Origin: Camelus dromedarius
Lineage: Eukaryota
Reading direction: 5' to 3'
Assembly (NCBI RefSeq): GCF_036321535.1
Contig: NC_087438.1
Span: 92,628,001 to 92,692,000 of the forward strand
DNA: 64,000 bases
Part shown: positions 63,798 to 64,000 of the stretch, one piece after another
Layout: each line of letters opens with the position of its first letter
How positions within the stretch are numbered: position 1 is the first letter of the stretch
Made by a program: the position numbers and the translations under genes
The notes under the pieces: model-generated
What the model saw: only the letters and a program-made list of their open reading frames with translations
Told to the model about the DNA's origin: nothing
The model's database searches: none

Positions 63798-64000
63798 CTC
63801 CCCAAACATGTTAGCCAGTAGAGAGAGGTTCTCACCATGACATTCCTGCTTCTCCCACAATATCTACTCCACACAATGAAGATCAGATGGGCCTTACAAA
63901 GGAGATGAACTCTAACTTTCAAAGAGACATGTGCAGCATAAGAGATTTGCAGCACCTAGGTGCTCAGGTTTGCCTCTGCAAAGTCCCCTCATGGGGGTGG

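Overview
Mammalian genomic DNA, almost certainly camelid (camel/alpaca/llama), judged from a camelid-type tRNA-derived SINE at 46569-46689 and the absence of recognisable Alu, B1/B2 or Bov-type SINEs. The whole window lies within the large minus-strand gene FSTL4 (follistatin-like 4). Only one coding exon is present: 249 bp at 38293-38541, phase 1-1, encoding the complete 10-cysteine follistatin (FOLN+Kazal) domain. The rest is intronic: unique GC-rich sequence interspersed with ancient repeats (L2, MIR, L1M/L1MB/L1MC/L1ME, MLT1/MLT2/MER21 LTRs, MER20B/MER5A/MER91A/Arthur1 DNA transposons), two AT-rich L1 graveyards (about 15.5-22.2 kb and 44.5-51.6 kb), microsatellites and three short N gaps. 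I find no evidence of a novel multi-gene system, CRISPR array, RNA gene or intact mobile element; all other ORFs in the track look spurious or are decayed L1 fragments. The most interesting lead is a well-formed candidate intronic polyadenylation site about 600 nt downstream of the FSTL4 exon, which would give a short follistatin-domain-only isoform. Other leads are an apparently inverted L2 segment, nested and twin-primed L1 structures, and several candidate regulatory motifs (CTCF, RFX, NF-kB/AP-1, HOX/CDX clusters). Repeat family names and the human comparison come from my recollection of consensus sequences, not a database search; boundaries are approximate.
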